From positions 1-54,931 of IMG/VR virus record IMGVR_UViG_3300035180_000859: a stretch of 54,931 nt of DNA, one strand, 5' to 3'. Below are positions 1-8,609 of this stretch, piece after piece. This DNA comes from a virus. Its lineage: Duplodnaviria; Caudoviricetes. The position numbers and the translations under genes are program-made. Below the pieces are notes generated by a model. That model had not been told where the DNA came from. It worked only from the letters and a program-made list of their open reading frames with translations, and searched no databases. Position 1 is the stretch's first letter. Each line of letters starts with the position of its first letter.

Positions 1-724
1 CGGGGTACTTGACAACGACGAACTGGTCGGCTTCGGGGTCTCCGGCCATGGCCACCTGCAGCCGTCCAGCCAAGTCGTCATCGTGCCACCACGTCTGCAC
101 GACAAGTACGCCACCGCCAGGAGCCAGGCGCGTGTACGCAGTTGAGCCGTACCAGTCCCAGAGCTTTTCTCGTGTGTCAGCACTGTCGGCCTCCTCGGCA
201 TTCTTCAGCGGGTCGTCAATGATCAGCAGGTGGGCACCCTTGCCGGTGATACCACCGCCCACGCCCGCTGCGACGTAGCCGCCAGAGTGGTTGCGGTCGA
301 TGGAGCGGTCCAGGGCCCACTCTTCGGCGCTCTGGTTGTTGGGGTCGAGGCGGATGTCGAATACTGGGTGGTACACCGGGTCCTGCAGCAGCTCTTTGAC
401 CTTCTTGCTGAAGGTCATGGCCAGACTGACGTTGTACGAGCAGGCGATGATCTCGTGGTTCGGATTACGCCCCAGGTGCCAGGATGGGAAGGACCGGCTG
501 CACAGCTCTGACTTACCACTCCGCGGAGGCATGAGGAGCATCAAACGCGGGGACAGGCCGGCGGCTACGTCGTTGCTGAACTTTTCGAGGCGGCGGCAGA
601 TGTCCCGGTGGACCCAGCCGGCCTGGTACCGAGTGTTGACCCGCTGCACGAATGGCAGGAGTGACCTGCGGGACAGGATGCGGGAGGCGAGCTCGACTTC
701 AGCTGGGGTCGGTATCTTGGACAT
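1..724 (-). CDS. terL: Terminase large subunit, N-terminal ATPase domain (runs off the left edge)
   Basis: Manual translation from ATG at 724: MSKIPTPAEVELASRILSRR...LMLLMPPRSGKSEL (Walker A)...GVGGGITGKGAHLLIIDDPLKN (Walker B)...TRLAPGGGVLVVQTWWHDDDLAGRL. It overlaps the end of terS. Confidence 0.93.
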   Translation of the reverse strand, partial: MSKIPTPAEVELASRILSRRSLLPFVQRVNTRYQAGWVHRDICRRLEKFSNDVAAGLSPRLMLLMPPRSGKSELCSRSFPSWHLGRNPNHEIIACSYNVSLAMTFSKKVKELLQDPVYHPVFDIRLDPNNQSAEEWALDRSIDRNHSGGYVAAGVGGGITGKGAHLLIIDDPLKNAEEADSADTREKLWDWYGSTAYTRLAPGGGVLVVQTWWHDDDLAGRLQVAMAGDPEADQFVVVKYP

Positions 725-1307
725 GGGTCAGTGCTTGTTGGGTGCCGCCGGTGATGATCTTGAGCAGTTCGGCGTCGGACATCGAGTTAAGTTTGTCAAT
801 GACGACGTTCCCAGTGACGTCAACTTTCACGCGAGTCTCGACAGGGGCGTAGTAGCCGCAGATTTTTCCGATTTCTCTCCAGCCGGCGATCATGGAGCTC
901 GGTTCGGCCATCAATTTGGCCATCTCGATGCTCTCGAGCATGCCGTCCATCACCCGTTTGCGCGACATCTGGTTTTCTTCGGCCCACTCGGCCTCGTATT
1001 TGGCCTTGAGGGCCAGGATGTTGGGCATCTTGACCATGCGGTAGGCGATGGATGCACCACTACCATTGTTGGCATACCCAGCGCGTATGGCAGCGGATGA
1101 GATCGACTCGCCTTGGGCCCAGAACCTCACAAAATCTTTCTGCTTATCGGTGAGAGGCTTGTCGGGGCTGATGACCTCGGCCATCTCTGCGGCGCTTAGG
1201 TTGCTCGTATCCGTGCCTCGGGCTCGGGCGGAGAGTCCCTGGCCCTTGTTCATGCCGCGCTTTGACTTGGGGGCGCGTAGAGGTAAGGTATCTTGACGTG
1301 TGGTCAT
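699..1307 (-). CDS. terS: Terminase small subunit
   Basis: LTDKQKDFVRFW...SAAIRAGY helix-turn-helix signature of TerS; lies directly upstream of terL. Confidence 0.85.
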   Translation of the reverse strand: MTTRQDTLPLRAPKSKRGMNKGQGLSARARGTDTSNLSAAEMAEVISPDKPLTDKQKDFVRFWAQGESISSAAIRAGYANNGSGASIAYRMVKMPNILALKAKYEAEWAEENQMSRKRVMDGMLESIEMAKLMAEPSSMIAGWREIGKICGYYAPVETRVKVDVTGNVVIDKLNSMSDAELLKIITGGTQQALTHVQDTDPS

Positions 1308-1313
1308 GGGGTG

Positions 1314-1327
1314 ATTCTAAATTAAAT
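1314..1327 (-). promoter_or_regulatory. Putative promoter (ATTTAATTTAGAAT), -10-like hexamer 6 nt before the terS ATG
   Basis: Variant of the motif also at 4964, 24155 and 48771. Confidence 0.5.
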
Positions 1328-1444
1328 AGCAGAAATATTTTTTGCTAAAAAATTTGGAGATTTGGCTGCGTGGGTCCCTCCCCTGGGGGTCAAAAAGCCG
1401 TACCCCAGTTCGGATTCGCCTCGTGATCCTCCGGATAGGGGTCC

Positions 1445-1473
1445 CAGCCTCGTACCTCAGCTGTATCGGTCAT
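1445..1473 (+). repeat. Early-region hairpin motif, copy 1 (CAGCCTCGTACCTCAGCTG...GTCAT)
   Basis: Near-identical to copies at 2005 and 3318; upstream of the ORF at 1511. Confidence 0.75.
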
Positions 1474-1510
1474 CTCTTGTGGTTCATTCACTTCACCTCA
1501 AGGATACATC

Positions 1511-1816
1511 ATGTCTACATCTACAACCGAGTACAACAACGTCGACGACTTGGCCCTAGGCCACAAGGTCATCAACTATGCGCTCAAGCTCTTGGCTTGG
1601 GGTACAGCCGCTGCTGTTGCATGGTCATGCAGCACGCTGCTCATGGGCATTGTGATGTTCATCATCATGTCCATCGTCATGCTCTTGCTGACCACGATCA
1701 TTCACCTGGTCATCATGTTCAAGGTGCCCACCACCACCGTCGAAGGCCTCGGCCGCACAGTAGGCGGGTTCGCTGGCCGTGTGTCTAACTTGTTCGCACG
1801 CAAGGTGGCTGTATGA
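1511..1816 (+). CDS. Early hypothetical membrane protein
   Basis: AAGGA RBS; long hydrophobic segments. Confidence 0.75.
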   Translation: MSTSTTEYNNVDDLALGHKVINYALKLLAWGTAAAVAWSCSTLLMGIVMFIIMSIVMLLLTTIIHLVIMFKVPTTTVEGLGRTVGGFAGRVSNLFARKVAV

Positions 1817-1995
1817 GCGGCTACCTCACAGCTCGTGACCTCGCTGCTGCATATTACGCACGCCTTGCAACTCGGCGTGAGCAGGACGACGCTTGCGACG
1901 TGCTGCCCGACCTCAACGACCTCGGCCCTACAGACGAGGAACTCGAAGCGTACTACGCCGACCAGGACGCTCAAGTCCTCGCATATCGCAGTTAG
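1813..1995 (+). CDS. Small acidic hypothetical protein
   Basis: ATGA overlap with the upstream gene. Confidence 0.65.
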   Translation: MSGYLTARDLAAAYYARLATRREQDDACDVLPDLNDLGPTDEELEAYYADQDAQVLAYRS

Positions 1996-2004
1996 GCCCC
2001 GTGG

Positions 2005-2035
2005 CTCAGCCTCGTACCTCGGCTGAGTCAGTCAT
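2005..2035 (+). repeat. Early-region hairpin motif, copy 2 (CTCAGCC-TCGTACCTC-GGCTGAG-TCAGTCAT)
   Basis: 7-bp stem with conserved loop; upstream of the ORF at 2071. Confidence 0.8.
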
Positions 2036-2070
2036 CCTCTTTGTTCTTCAATCTAACTTAGGAGCCCATC

Positions 2071-2370
2071 ATGGCTAAATCCAAAGCACTCATCGCAGCT
2101 GAAGCACGTATCGCTGCACTCGAACTCGAACTCAATGCTGCAGCAAATCACACTGCCGCGCTTGAGGCCCGCATCTCTATGGCAACGGTTGTGTACCACG
2201 GCTTGAAAGGCCGCATTCATGAACTTGAGTCCGTGGTCTACACGCGTGGCGTCGTCGCAACTGCTGCTGAATCCGTAACACCGATCGTCACACGTTACAC
2301 CAAGGCTGATGGTTCAGTCTGGGAAAAGACACGTGTGGGTAACCGCGCTTCTTCGTACCAAATCAATTAA
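2071..2370 (+). CDS. Hypothetical protein with N-terminal coiled coil
   Basis: AGGAG RBS; heptad pattern. Confidence 0.75.
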   Translation: MAKSKALIAAEARIAALELELNAAANHTAALEARISMATVVYHGLKGRIHELESVVYTRGVVATAAESVTPIVTRYTKADGSVWEKTRVGNRASSYQIN

Positions 2371-2381
2371 GGAGCATCACC

Positions 2382-2486
2382 ATGAGTCGCAATCAACTCA
2401 AAGACCTCGCTGAAGACTTGTTCTACGGCGTACTCACTCTTATCACCTACGCCAGCATCGGCATCTTGCTCGCTTGGCGTGGCTAA
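2382..2486 (+). CDS. 34-aa single-TM protein (MSRNQLKDLAEDLFYGVLTLITYASIGILLAWRG)
   Basis: Strong AAGGAG RBS; below the ORF track cut-off, translated manually. Confidence 0.65.
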   Translation: MSRNQLKDLAEDLFYGVLTLITYASIGILLAWRG

Positions 2487-2562
2487 GCTCTTCGCCTCTG
2501 GGTCACGTGCGGCCCAGCACGAAGCACTTCGCTTCAACACACTACCTAACTAAGGAATCATC

Positions 2563-2979
2563 ATGGCCACTCGTACACGCAAACAAACTATCCCAGCTAC
2601 TCCGTTCGTGGAAACTGTTCACCCTGAAGCAGAGTTCACTATGCCCAAGGTTGACTGGGCTCATATCATCAAGGGCGAGGCCTCTTGGAAACGCTGGGGC
2701 ATTGCAGTGGTTGCATCGCTACTCGCCTCGGCGACTATTGGCCAAGTCGGAGGTGTAGTGCTTGGCTATTTGATGGTAGGTGCCATCGTACTCACTGGCT
2801 CAGCGTTTATCACTACTCTAATATATGTGCTCGGTATCCTGCTTGCTATGTATGCTGGGTACCGCGCATCGATGTTCACATACATCAATGTCATCGACAA
2901 AACAGTCGATGCCAAATGCTCAGCCGCTTGGGGCTGGGTCACTTCATTGTTTGGCTCTAAGAAAGTGTGCGCATCATGA
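2563..2979 (+). CDS. Hypothetical membrane protein
   Basis: TAAGGA RBS; 2-3 hydrophobic helices. Confidence 0.75.
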   Translation: MATRTRKQTIPATPFVETVHPEAEFTMPKVDWAHIIKGEASWKRWGIAVVASLLASATIGQVGGVVLGYLMVGAIVLTGSAFITTLIYVLGILLAMYAGYRASMFTYINVIDKTVDAKCSAAWGWVTSLFGSKKVCAS

Positions 2980-3260
2980 TTGAAATGGGCATCGTCGTAG
3001 GCATGGGTTTACTCATCAGCCTAGTCAAAATGAACTGGAAGTGGCGCATGCACTTATTATCAAATCCTCTAACAATGGATATTCTTATATTCATTTCGTT
3101 ATGTCTGATCCACTGGGGCACGTATAGCGGCGTGATGGTTGCCACAGTCGGCGCCATGACGTGCTCACTGGTGCTATCAGGAGCCCGCTGGCTGTACGGA
3201 CACGTCGAGGATGGTACCTATGTACCAGGCTACTTCGATATTGGCTCTAAGCTCGTTTAA
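2976..3260 (+). CDS. Hypothetical membrane protein
   Basis: ATGA coupling with the upstream gene; hydrophobic throughout. Confidence 0.7.
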   Translation: MIEMGIVVGMGLLISLVKMNWKWRMHLLSNPLTMDILIFISLCLIHWGTYSGVMVATVGAMTCSLVLSGARWLYGHVEDGTYVPGYFDIGSKLV

Positions 3261-3317
3261 AGACGTCGCTTAGAACTGTCTCATTTACACCACACAGGCC
3301 GGCTCTGTCCGGCCACG

Positions 3318-3348
3318 TTCAGCCTCGTTCCTCGGCTGAATCAGTCAT
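3318..3348 (+). repeat. Early-region hairpin motif, copy 3 (TTCAGCC-TCGTTCCTC-GGCTGAA-TCAGTCAT)
   Basis: Compensatory outer base pair relative to copy 2; upstream of the ORF at 3381. Confidence 0.8.
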
Positions 3349-3380
3349 TTCTTTTGTCTTTAACTCTTTAGGTATTCATC

Positions 3381-3566
3381 ATGTCCATGCACCCACGCCT
3401 CTGCGAAGAAGTTCGCTTCTCGCTTCAGTTCGATGACGATCTGATCATCACCAACACCGTCCGCTCCGAGTTCTCATGGGGTGAAGACCCTATGGACGCA
3501 CTCATGCTCAAACAAGAGCTCGAACGTGAGGAGCTCATGGCTTATCTCACTGAACACATGCACTGA
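3381..3566 (+). CDS. Small acidic hypothetical protein
   Basis: TAGG RBS; follows hairpin copy 3. Confidence 0.65.
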   Translation: MSMHPRLCEEVRFSLQFDDDLIITNTVRSEFSWGEDPMDALMLKQELEREELMAYLTEHMH

Positions 3567-3650
3567 TAACTCTTCTTGCTGGGTGTTGCATGCAGCACTC
3601 AGTGAGAAGCGCAACTGCGTCTTCATTACTCAACCACAAAGGAAATCATC

Positions 3651-4724
3651 ATGACCACATCCGTCGCACAAGCTCTGAACACTGCTGGCGTCTCCACAAC
3701 TAAACGCGTTCGTAAGATTGCTCCTGTCATCACCACTCCAAAGGAAACTCAAATGAAATCAGCTCGCGTCGTTCCCCCTGGCACCATGGCTGCACTCGCT
3801 GTAGCCTCGTCATCCGGCTCGACATTTTTTGACCCGATCGACTTACTTGAAGACAAGCTTGGCCATCAAGCAGCTCTGCACTCTCGGGTTATGGAGTCTA
3901 TGGCTTGGATGCTGGGCGCGTCTTGCATCGGTCAAGCACGCTCTGTGCTATTCACTCGCTATCAAGAACAAGAGACTGAACACACTAACACAGTCTCATT
4001 CAACGATTTCTGCCAAGGTGTCGCTGAAACCATCGACCATCCGTCTATATATGGGCGCAACAGTGATAACACCACCGACCTCGAAGCAAGCGAAGGTGCA
4101 CATGAAAGCCCCGAGGCTGTTTTGGCCATCCTGCTGGCTGTGTATGAACAATGGCACGATGCTGCTGCTCGTGCTGCAGCTGCTGATAACCGCGACTATA
4201 AATCCAAGTCATGGCGTGAGCAAATGGAATCTGAAAAAGTCAAAGCTCCTGACATCGGCACACGTGTCAACTACCGCAAGATCGCTGACCTCGAAGCACG
4301 CGGTGACACAGCCAAAGCTGAACGTCTGTACGCTTCATACATGGAAGCTAATGCCTTGGCTGCCGCATCACGTGTCGATAACAACAAGTCCTTAATGCCT
4401 ACTATCCTTGAAATTTTGCGCACCGCCGGGCGCTACGCATTGGAATCCTCACGTTTCGATGAACTGCCTCTACTCAAACAACGGCAGCTCACCACTTTCG
4501 CCATCGGGGCGATAGATCGTTCACGTAATGATTTGGCCAGTCGCATGAGCAAACAGCCCATTGCATTCGGCCACATTGCCGAGGCTGCCTTCCAGGCCAC
4601 TGAAGCTCTCAACAAAGTTGTGATGCAGAAGTTCAACGACGTTGGCGAGCTCGAGAATGTACGCTCACAAGTCAGCATCAACATGGAACGTGGCGCCAAA
4701 CGTGTCGCTTGTTCCATCGACTGA
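3651..4724 (+). CDS. Hypothetical helical early protein (357 aa)
   Basis: AAGGA RBS; long ORF ending just before a terminator. No family recognised. Confidence 0.8.
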   Translation: MTTSVAQALNTAGVSTTKRVRKIAPVITTPKETQMKSARVVPPGTMAALAVASSSGSTFFDPIDLLEDKLGHQAALHSRVMESMAWMLGASCIGQARSVLFTRYQEQETEHTNTVSFNDFCQGVAETIDHPSIYGRNSDNTTDLEASEGAHESPEAVLAILLAVYEQWHDAAARAAAADNRDYKSKSWREQMESEKVKAPDIGTRVNYRKIADLEARGDTAKAERLYASYMEANALAAASRVDNNKSLMPTILEILRTAGRYALESSRFDELPLLKQRQLTTFAIGAIDRSRNDLASRMSKQPIAFGHIAEAAFQATEALNKVVMQKFNDVGELENVRSQVSINMERGAKRVACSID

Positions 4725-4733
4725 TAGTTAACA

Positions 4734-4767
4734 GGAAGGCAAGGGTCACATAATCCTTGCCTTTTCT
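4734..4767 (+). terminator. Intrinsic terminator closing the early cluster
   Basis: AAGGCAAGG...CCTTGCCTT stem followed by a short T run, directly after the stop at 4724. Confidence 0.7.
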
Positions 4768-4794
4768 AGCCCTCAAAAACGGACTTACGCAATC

Positions 4795-4952
4795 ACGTTA
4801 CACAAGTTTTAAAACTCCTCTCTATAAAACTCTACTACTCCTTTATTACACTATATATTTCTTAATCTTAATTTAAAGAGTGTAAAGTGTAATATATGTA
4901 ATAAGTAGGGATAGAAGGCTTGTAGAGCGACTTTTTGATTACACTAATTACG
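4795..4952 (+). repeat. 158-bp AT-rich inverted repeat, left copy (putative origin)
   Basis: Reverse complement of 30970-31127 with 2 mismatches; several TTACAC/GTGTAA units; immediately upstream of the primase-helicase. Confidence 0.95.
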
Positions 4953-4963
4953 CCAAATCCGCG

Positions 4964-4977
4964 GTCTAAAATAGACT
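4964..4977 (+). promoter_or_regulatory. Putative promoter (GTCTAAAATAGACT) for the replication module
   Basis: Matches the TCTAA-NN-TAGA(A/C)T motif. Confidence 0.45.
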
Positions 4978-5010
4978 TCCATCTGTTTAAGCCCTACAGG
5001 ACATGAAGCC

Positions 5011-7419
5011 ATGAAATTGACCTTTTTACAAGCCAGCGTTCCGTTAACCAAGTCGTACACGAAGCTGTCCGGCGGCACCATTGAAAAGTCTTCATACCCC
5101 AACGTATGGGAAGTCAGCTCGATCGATGAAGACATCACCACCCTGAAAGAATTTGAAGCCGCCATCGTCAAACACGCAGCCACCGGGCACTGTTTACTCA
5201 AAGGCAACGTGATGAAACCACTGGTGTCCGAGTCTCGCAAGGGCAGCACGGACAGCAACGCCACAACAAATTGGCTTTGCCTTGACATCGATGGTATCAA
5301 CCCTACCTTCACCACCATCGTGTCACGACCCAACCCAGTCACTGGGCAGATGGAAGAAGTACAGTCCGTGATCAATGTGACCATCGACACCCTCATGGAG
5401 TCACTCGGTCTTAAGGACGTCAGCTACATCCTTCAGTGGTCAGGCTCCATGGGCATCGGGGGCAACACCTTGCGCTGCCACATCTTCATCATGCTGACCA
5501 AAGCTATCAGCGCTCCACTCATCAAACAGTGGCTCATCCAGAAGAACCACGAGGTTGCCATTCTGCGTGAACACCAGGCACTGACAAAAACCGGTAGCTC
5601 GTTGACATGGGGCCTGGACATCACAGCCTGCCAAGCAGATAAGCTGATCTACATTGCACCACCCACACTCAAAGGCATCAAGAACCCACTCGGGCGTACC
5701 CCGCGCATCTCGCTCGTCACCAAAATCCAAGCAACTTATGACCTCACCGGCAAGATCAATTCGACTGATCAGAATCGTGCGCTTACAGACGCCAGGGTGC
5801 TTGAACTACGCGAACGCGACGGACTGCCTAAGCGCAAACTTGTTTACAAACATGTGGGCGGGCATGAAATTATGGCCAAGCCCGGTGAATGCATCGCCAC
5901 AGAGACTAAAGTTGATCGGGGGTTTGTCTACTTCAACCTCAACGGTGGAGATTCCTGGGCCTACTTTCATCCTGAAAACAACCCTGACTACATCTTCAAC
6001 TTTAAGGGTGAACCCGTCTACCTGACCAAGGAACTATTACCTAGCTACTGGGAATCCCTGAACCAGCAAGCCTATCGTGAAGCCTCCAATGGCCTCACCT
6101 ATCTGGCATTCCTGGACAGGGCCACCTCTACCTATTACCGAGGCACTTATGACGCAGCCAATGACCTCCTGGACATCTATCCCGCGAAGAACGAGTCGAT
6201 GGTTAGACAGTTTGCTGACGCCAACGGACTACGTCTCGGCCCCAATATCCCAGAATGGGACATGGAATTCAATCCGCTCAATGGCGTACGCGTCGACATC
6301 CCCAACCGCACCATCAACACCTTCGAGCGTACTGTCTATATGAAGGCACCAGTCAAGAAGGTTACCAAGATTCCACCCATGTGCAACAAAATCATCAGCC
6401 ACATCTTGTCCAACGACACAGGCACCAAGGAGCACTTCATGAACTGGCTGGCTTGTATCGCTCAGAACCTGGACCGCACGCGTACAGCCTGGGTATTTCA
6501 GGGCGTACCTGGAACAGGGAAAGGACTGCTGTTCAACAAGATTCTCCAACCCCTGTTTGGTAAAGACCAGGCAGTCATCAAACGTGCTGGCGAGCTGACT
6601 GAAAAATGGACAGACTTTGTGCAGGGCAAGTTCATCGTCTTCATCGACGAAATTCAAACTTCAGCCCTCAAAGACGAAGCCGGTGTGATCGCCAACATGA
6701 AGAACTTGATCACTGAGCCTACAGCAATGATCCGCATGATGAACCGCAACAGCTTCGCAGTACCCAACTACACAAACTGGATATTCGCCTCCAACAAACC
6801 AGACCCCGTGGCTGTGGACAAAAACGACCGGCGTTTCAACGTGGCACCTTACCAGGGCACCGAGTTCCCACGCCCCACGGATGAAGAGATCGACGCGATC
6901 GAAGGCGAGTTGCAGGCGTTCTATCACTACCTGCTGAACTACAGCGTCGACAAGCTCGTAGCCTCCACACCACTGCAGAGTGATGCACGTAACACACTCA
7001 TTACCCTGAGCCAGAGCACCAGTGAGAGCACCGCCGATGCTGTGCGTGAGGGCAATATGGAGTTCTTCCTGGACCAGCTGCCCAACACCGACGCTTATAA
7101 GCTCGACAACAAGCTGCTGCCTATCGTCGAATCCTACCGCCGCGCACTGTGCGACATCTTGTGCCGCGCCAGGCCAGGTGTACCATGCAACGTGCGCCGA
7201 GACGAGCTGTTTGCCATGTTCAACTTCACAGTGGGTGGCATGTCCCAGAGCCCAGCGACATTCACCCGGTTCTTAGGCCACCGCCAACTGACCATCAAAC
7301 CCGTGGCCATATCCGGTGGCAAAACAGAGCGTGGGCTCGCCACAGTATGGGAGAACGCTGCATCATTCCAAGACATCCTGAAAACACATTTCGCAGACAT
7401 GACAAAGGTGAAATCATGA
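5011..7419 (+). CDS. Primase-polymerase fused to an SF3 helicase (DUF5906/D5-like)
   Basis: N-terminal CLDIDG...RCHIF primase motifs; C-terminal GVPGTGKG Walker A, VFIDE Walker B, FASN motif C and DRRF. Confidence 0.88.
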   Translation: MKLTFLQASVPLTKSYTKLSGGTIEKSSYPNVWEVSSIDEDITTLKEFEAAIVKHAATGHCLLKGNVMKPLVSESRKGSTDSNATTNWLCLDIDGINPTFTTIVSRPNPVTGQMEEVQSVINVTIDTLMESLGLKDVSYILQWSGSMGIGGNTLRCHIFIMLTKAISAPLIKQWLIQKNHEVAILREHQALTKTGSSLTWGLDITACQADKLIYIAPPTLKGIKNPLGRTPRISLVTKIQATYDLTGKINSTDQNRALTDARVLELRERDGLPKRKLVYKHVGGHEIMAKPGECIATETKVDRGFVYFNLNGGDSWAYFHPENNPDYIFNFKGEPVYLTKELLPSYWESLNQQAYREASNGLTYLAFLDRATSTYYRGTYDAANDLLDIYPAKNESMVRQFADANGLRLGPNIPEWDMEFNPLNGVRVDIPNRTINTFERTVYMKAPVKKVTKIPPMCNKIISHILSNDTGTKEHFMNWLACIAQNLDRTRTAWVFQGVPGTGKGLLFNKILQPLFGKDQAVIKRAGELTEKWTDFVQGKFIVFIDEIQTSALKDEAGVIANMKNLITEPTAMIRMMNRNSFAVPNYTNWIFASNKPDPVAVDKNDRRFNVAPYQGTEFPRPTDEEIDAIEGELQAFYHYLLNYSVDKLVASTPLQSDARNTLITLSQSTSESTADAVREGNMEFFLDQLPNTDAYKLDNKLLPIVESYRRALCDILCRARPGVPCNVRRDELFAMFNFTVGGMSQSPATFTRFLGHRQLTIKPVAISGGKTERGLATVWENAASFQDILKTHFADMTKVKS

Positions 7420-7598
7420 AGAGCAGTTATACCGAAGACGAACTGTGCGAATTCAACAAACTGAGAGCGCAAGGCTGTGCGGTCTGCGTATTCCTGCCCT
7501 CAGAGCTTGGTTCAATGTCAGCAGATGACGCCGAAGAAATTATGTGTATGTCAGTCAATGACCGAGTGGAGACTACTGATGAACTGTCCGACCTGTAA
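7416..7598 (+). CDS. Hypothetical protein
   Basis: ATGA overlap with the primase; AAGGTG RBS. Confidence 0.6.
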   Translation: MKSSYTEDELCEFNKLRAQGCAVCVFLPSELGSMSADDAEEIMCMSVNDRVETTDELSDL

Positions 7599-7782
7599 TG
7601 CACCCATGAAGGTCATGATGACGACGCAGCTCTCTTTACAGGTCAACCGAATCAGGCGGTGTGAGAACGGCCACACATTCTCAACATGCGAGTCTTTCGA
7701 CAGCTCTATCGAAGAAGACAAGCGCAGATATAACTCCGGCCGTGGAAACGATTCGACACCAACAGAAGAAAGGCTGACATGA
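7579..7782 (+). CDS. Zinc-ribbon protein (NrdR N-terminus-like)
   Basis: MNCPTC...RIRRCENGHTFSTCE. Confidence 0.7.
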   Translation: MNCPTCNAPMKVMMTTQLSLQVNRIRRCENGHTFSTCESFDSSIEEDKRRYNSGRGNDSTPTEERLT

Positions 7783-7958
7783 GCACAAAGCGCATTACCG
7801 TAAATGTGAGCCAGGACGTTGACCTGATCCGGGAGCGTCTGGTGGCCGACACGGGGATACGCATGAGCTACATCCAGATTTTCAATTACCTGATCCACTT
7901 CTACATAAAGCACGCCGCGGAACCTCGGACGCGATGGGCCTCAGGAGAAACAAAATGA
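7779..7958 (+). CDS. 59-aa putative ribbon-helix-helix DNA-binding protein
   Basis: Manual translation MSTKRITVNVSQDVDLIRERLVADTGIRMSYIQIFNYLIHFY...; ATGA-coupled at both ends. Confidence 0.6.
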   Translation: MSTKRITVNVSQDVDLIRERLVADTGIRMSYIQIFNYLIHFYIKHAAEPRTRWASGETK

Positions 7959-8263
7959 AAGCATTACACACGCCGGGACCGTGGTTTGTTGGAAACAAAT
8001 TCACTATAGCTACATGCAGCAATAATGATGATCAAACCTTCGGCATGTTGATTCCTATTGCAGATGTTTATGGCGAAAATCGGGTGGAGGATGCCCGTCT
8101 TATAGCAGCCGCACCTGATTTGCTTTCCTCTGCCGTTGAGTTTCTTGCAGCCTCTGAGTTCAGCGCGCCGATCGTCGATCATGATGAAGCAATGCCCCGC
8201 TACAAAGAGGCAGACCGTGCGCTAAGAGAAGCCATAGCCAGAGCAAAAGGAGTCACAAAATGA
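7955..8263 (+). CDS. Phage hypothetical protein (HTPGPW...ARLIAAAPDLL type)
   Basis: Common phage accessory motif; AGGAG RBS. Confidence 0.75.
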   Translation: MKALHTPGPWFVGNKFTIATCSNNDDQTFGMLIPIADVYGENRVEDARLIAAAPDLLSSAVEFLAASEFSAPIVDHDEAMPRYKEADRALREAIARAKGVTK

Positions 8264-8424
8264 ATAACTGGGACGATAGATACTTGAACAGGAAGATGCC
8301 CGATGCGGCTGTCGAAAACACAGCGGTTGAGCAGGTTGATAGCCTCTTTAAATGGCTTGGGCGTGTCGTTGGCTTGGTCATAATCTTAGCCGCTGTAGGC
8401 TATGTCATCGGCGGGCTGTTATGA
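8260..8424 (+). CDS. 54-aa single-TM protein
   Basis: AAGGAG RBS; ATGA coupling; hydrophobic C-terminus. Confidence 0.6.
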   Translation: MNNWDDRYLNRKMPDAAVENTAVEQVDSLFKWLGRVVGLVIILAAVGYVIGGLL

Positions 8425-8609
8425 GCTTGAGCAACGACACCGCCCGGTGTATGGGCCACTTCGCCGCAGCGGAATACAAATCTGTGCTGCCCCCAATATG
8501 CATCGATTGCAAAAGACGCACAGCAAAAAGGCTTGAACCATATCAATGGTGGATGCGCGGCGAGGTTGTGGACGACAAGTGCAATCACAAGATCAAGGAT
8601 GAATCATGA
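8421..8609 (+). CDS. Small Cys-rich protein
   Basis: [10 protein letters not shown]...CIDCKRR...C; ATGA coupling. Confidence 0.6.
   Translation: MSLSNDTARCMGHFAAAEYKSVLPPICIDCKRRTAKRLEPYQWWMRGEVVDDKCNHKIKDES

Noticed and set aside
291-1100. 269-aa plus-strand ORF and other long antisense ORFs, including those across 31137-54657
   Set aside because: They are shadows of well-supported genes on the opposite strand in GC-rich DNA.
1445-3348. Hairpin repeats as a CRISPR array
   Set aside because: The copies are hundreds of bases apart with genes between them, and there is no cas operon. The Cas4-like nuclease is a common stand-alone phage gene.
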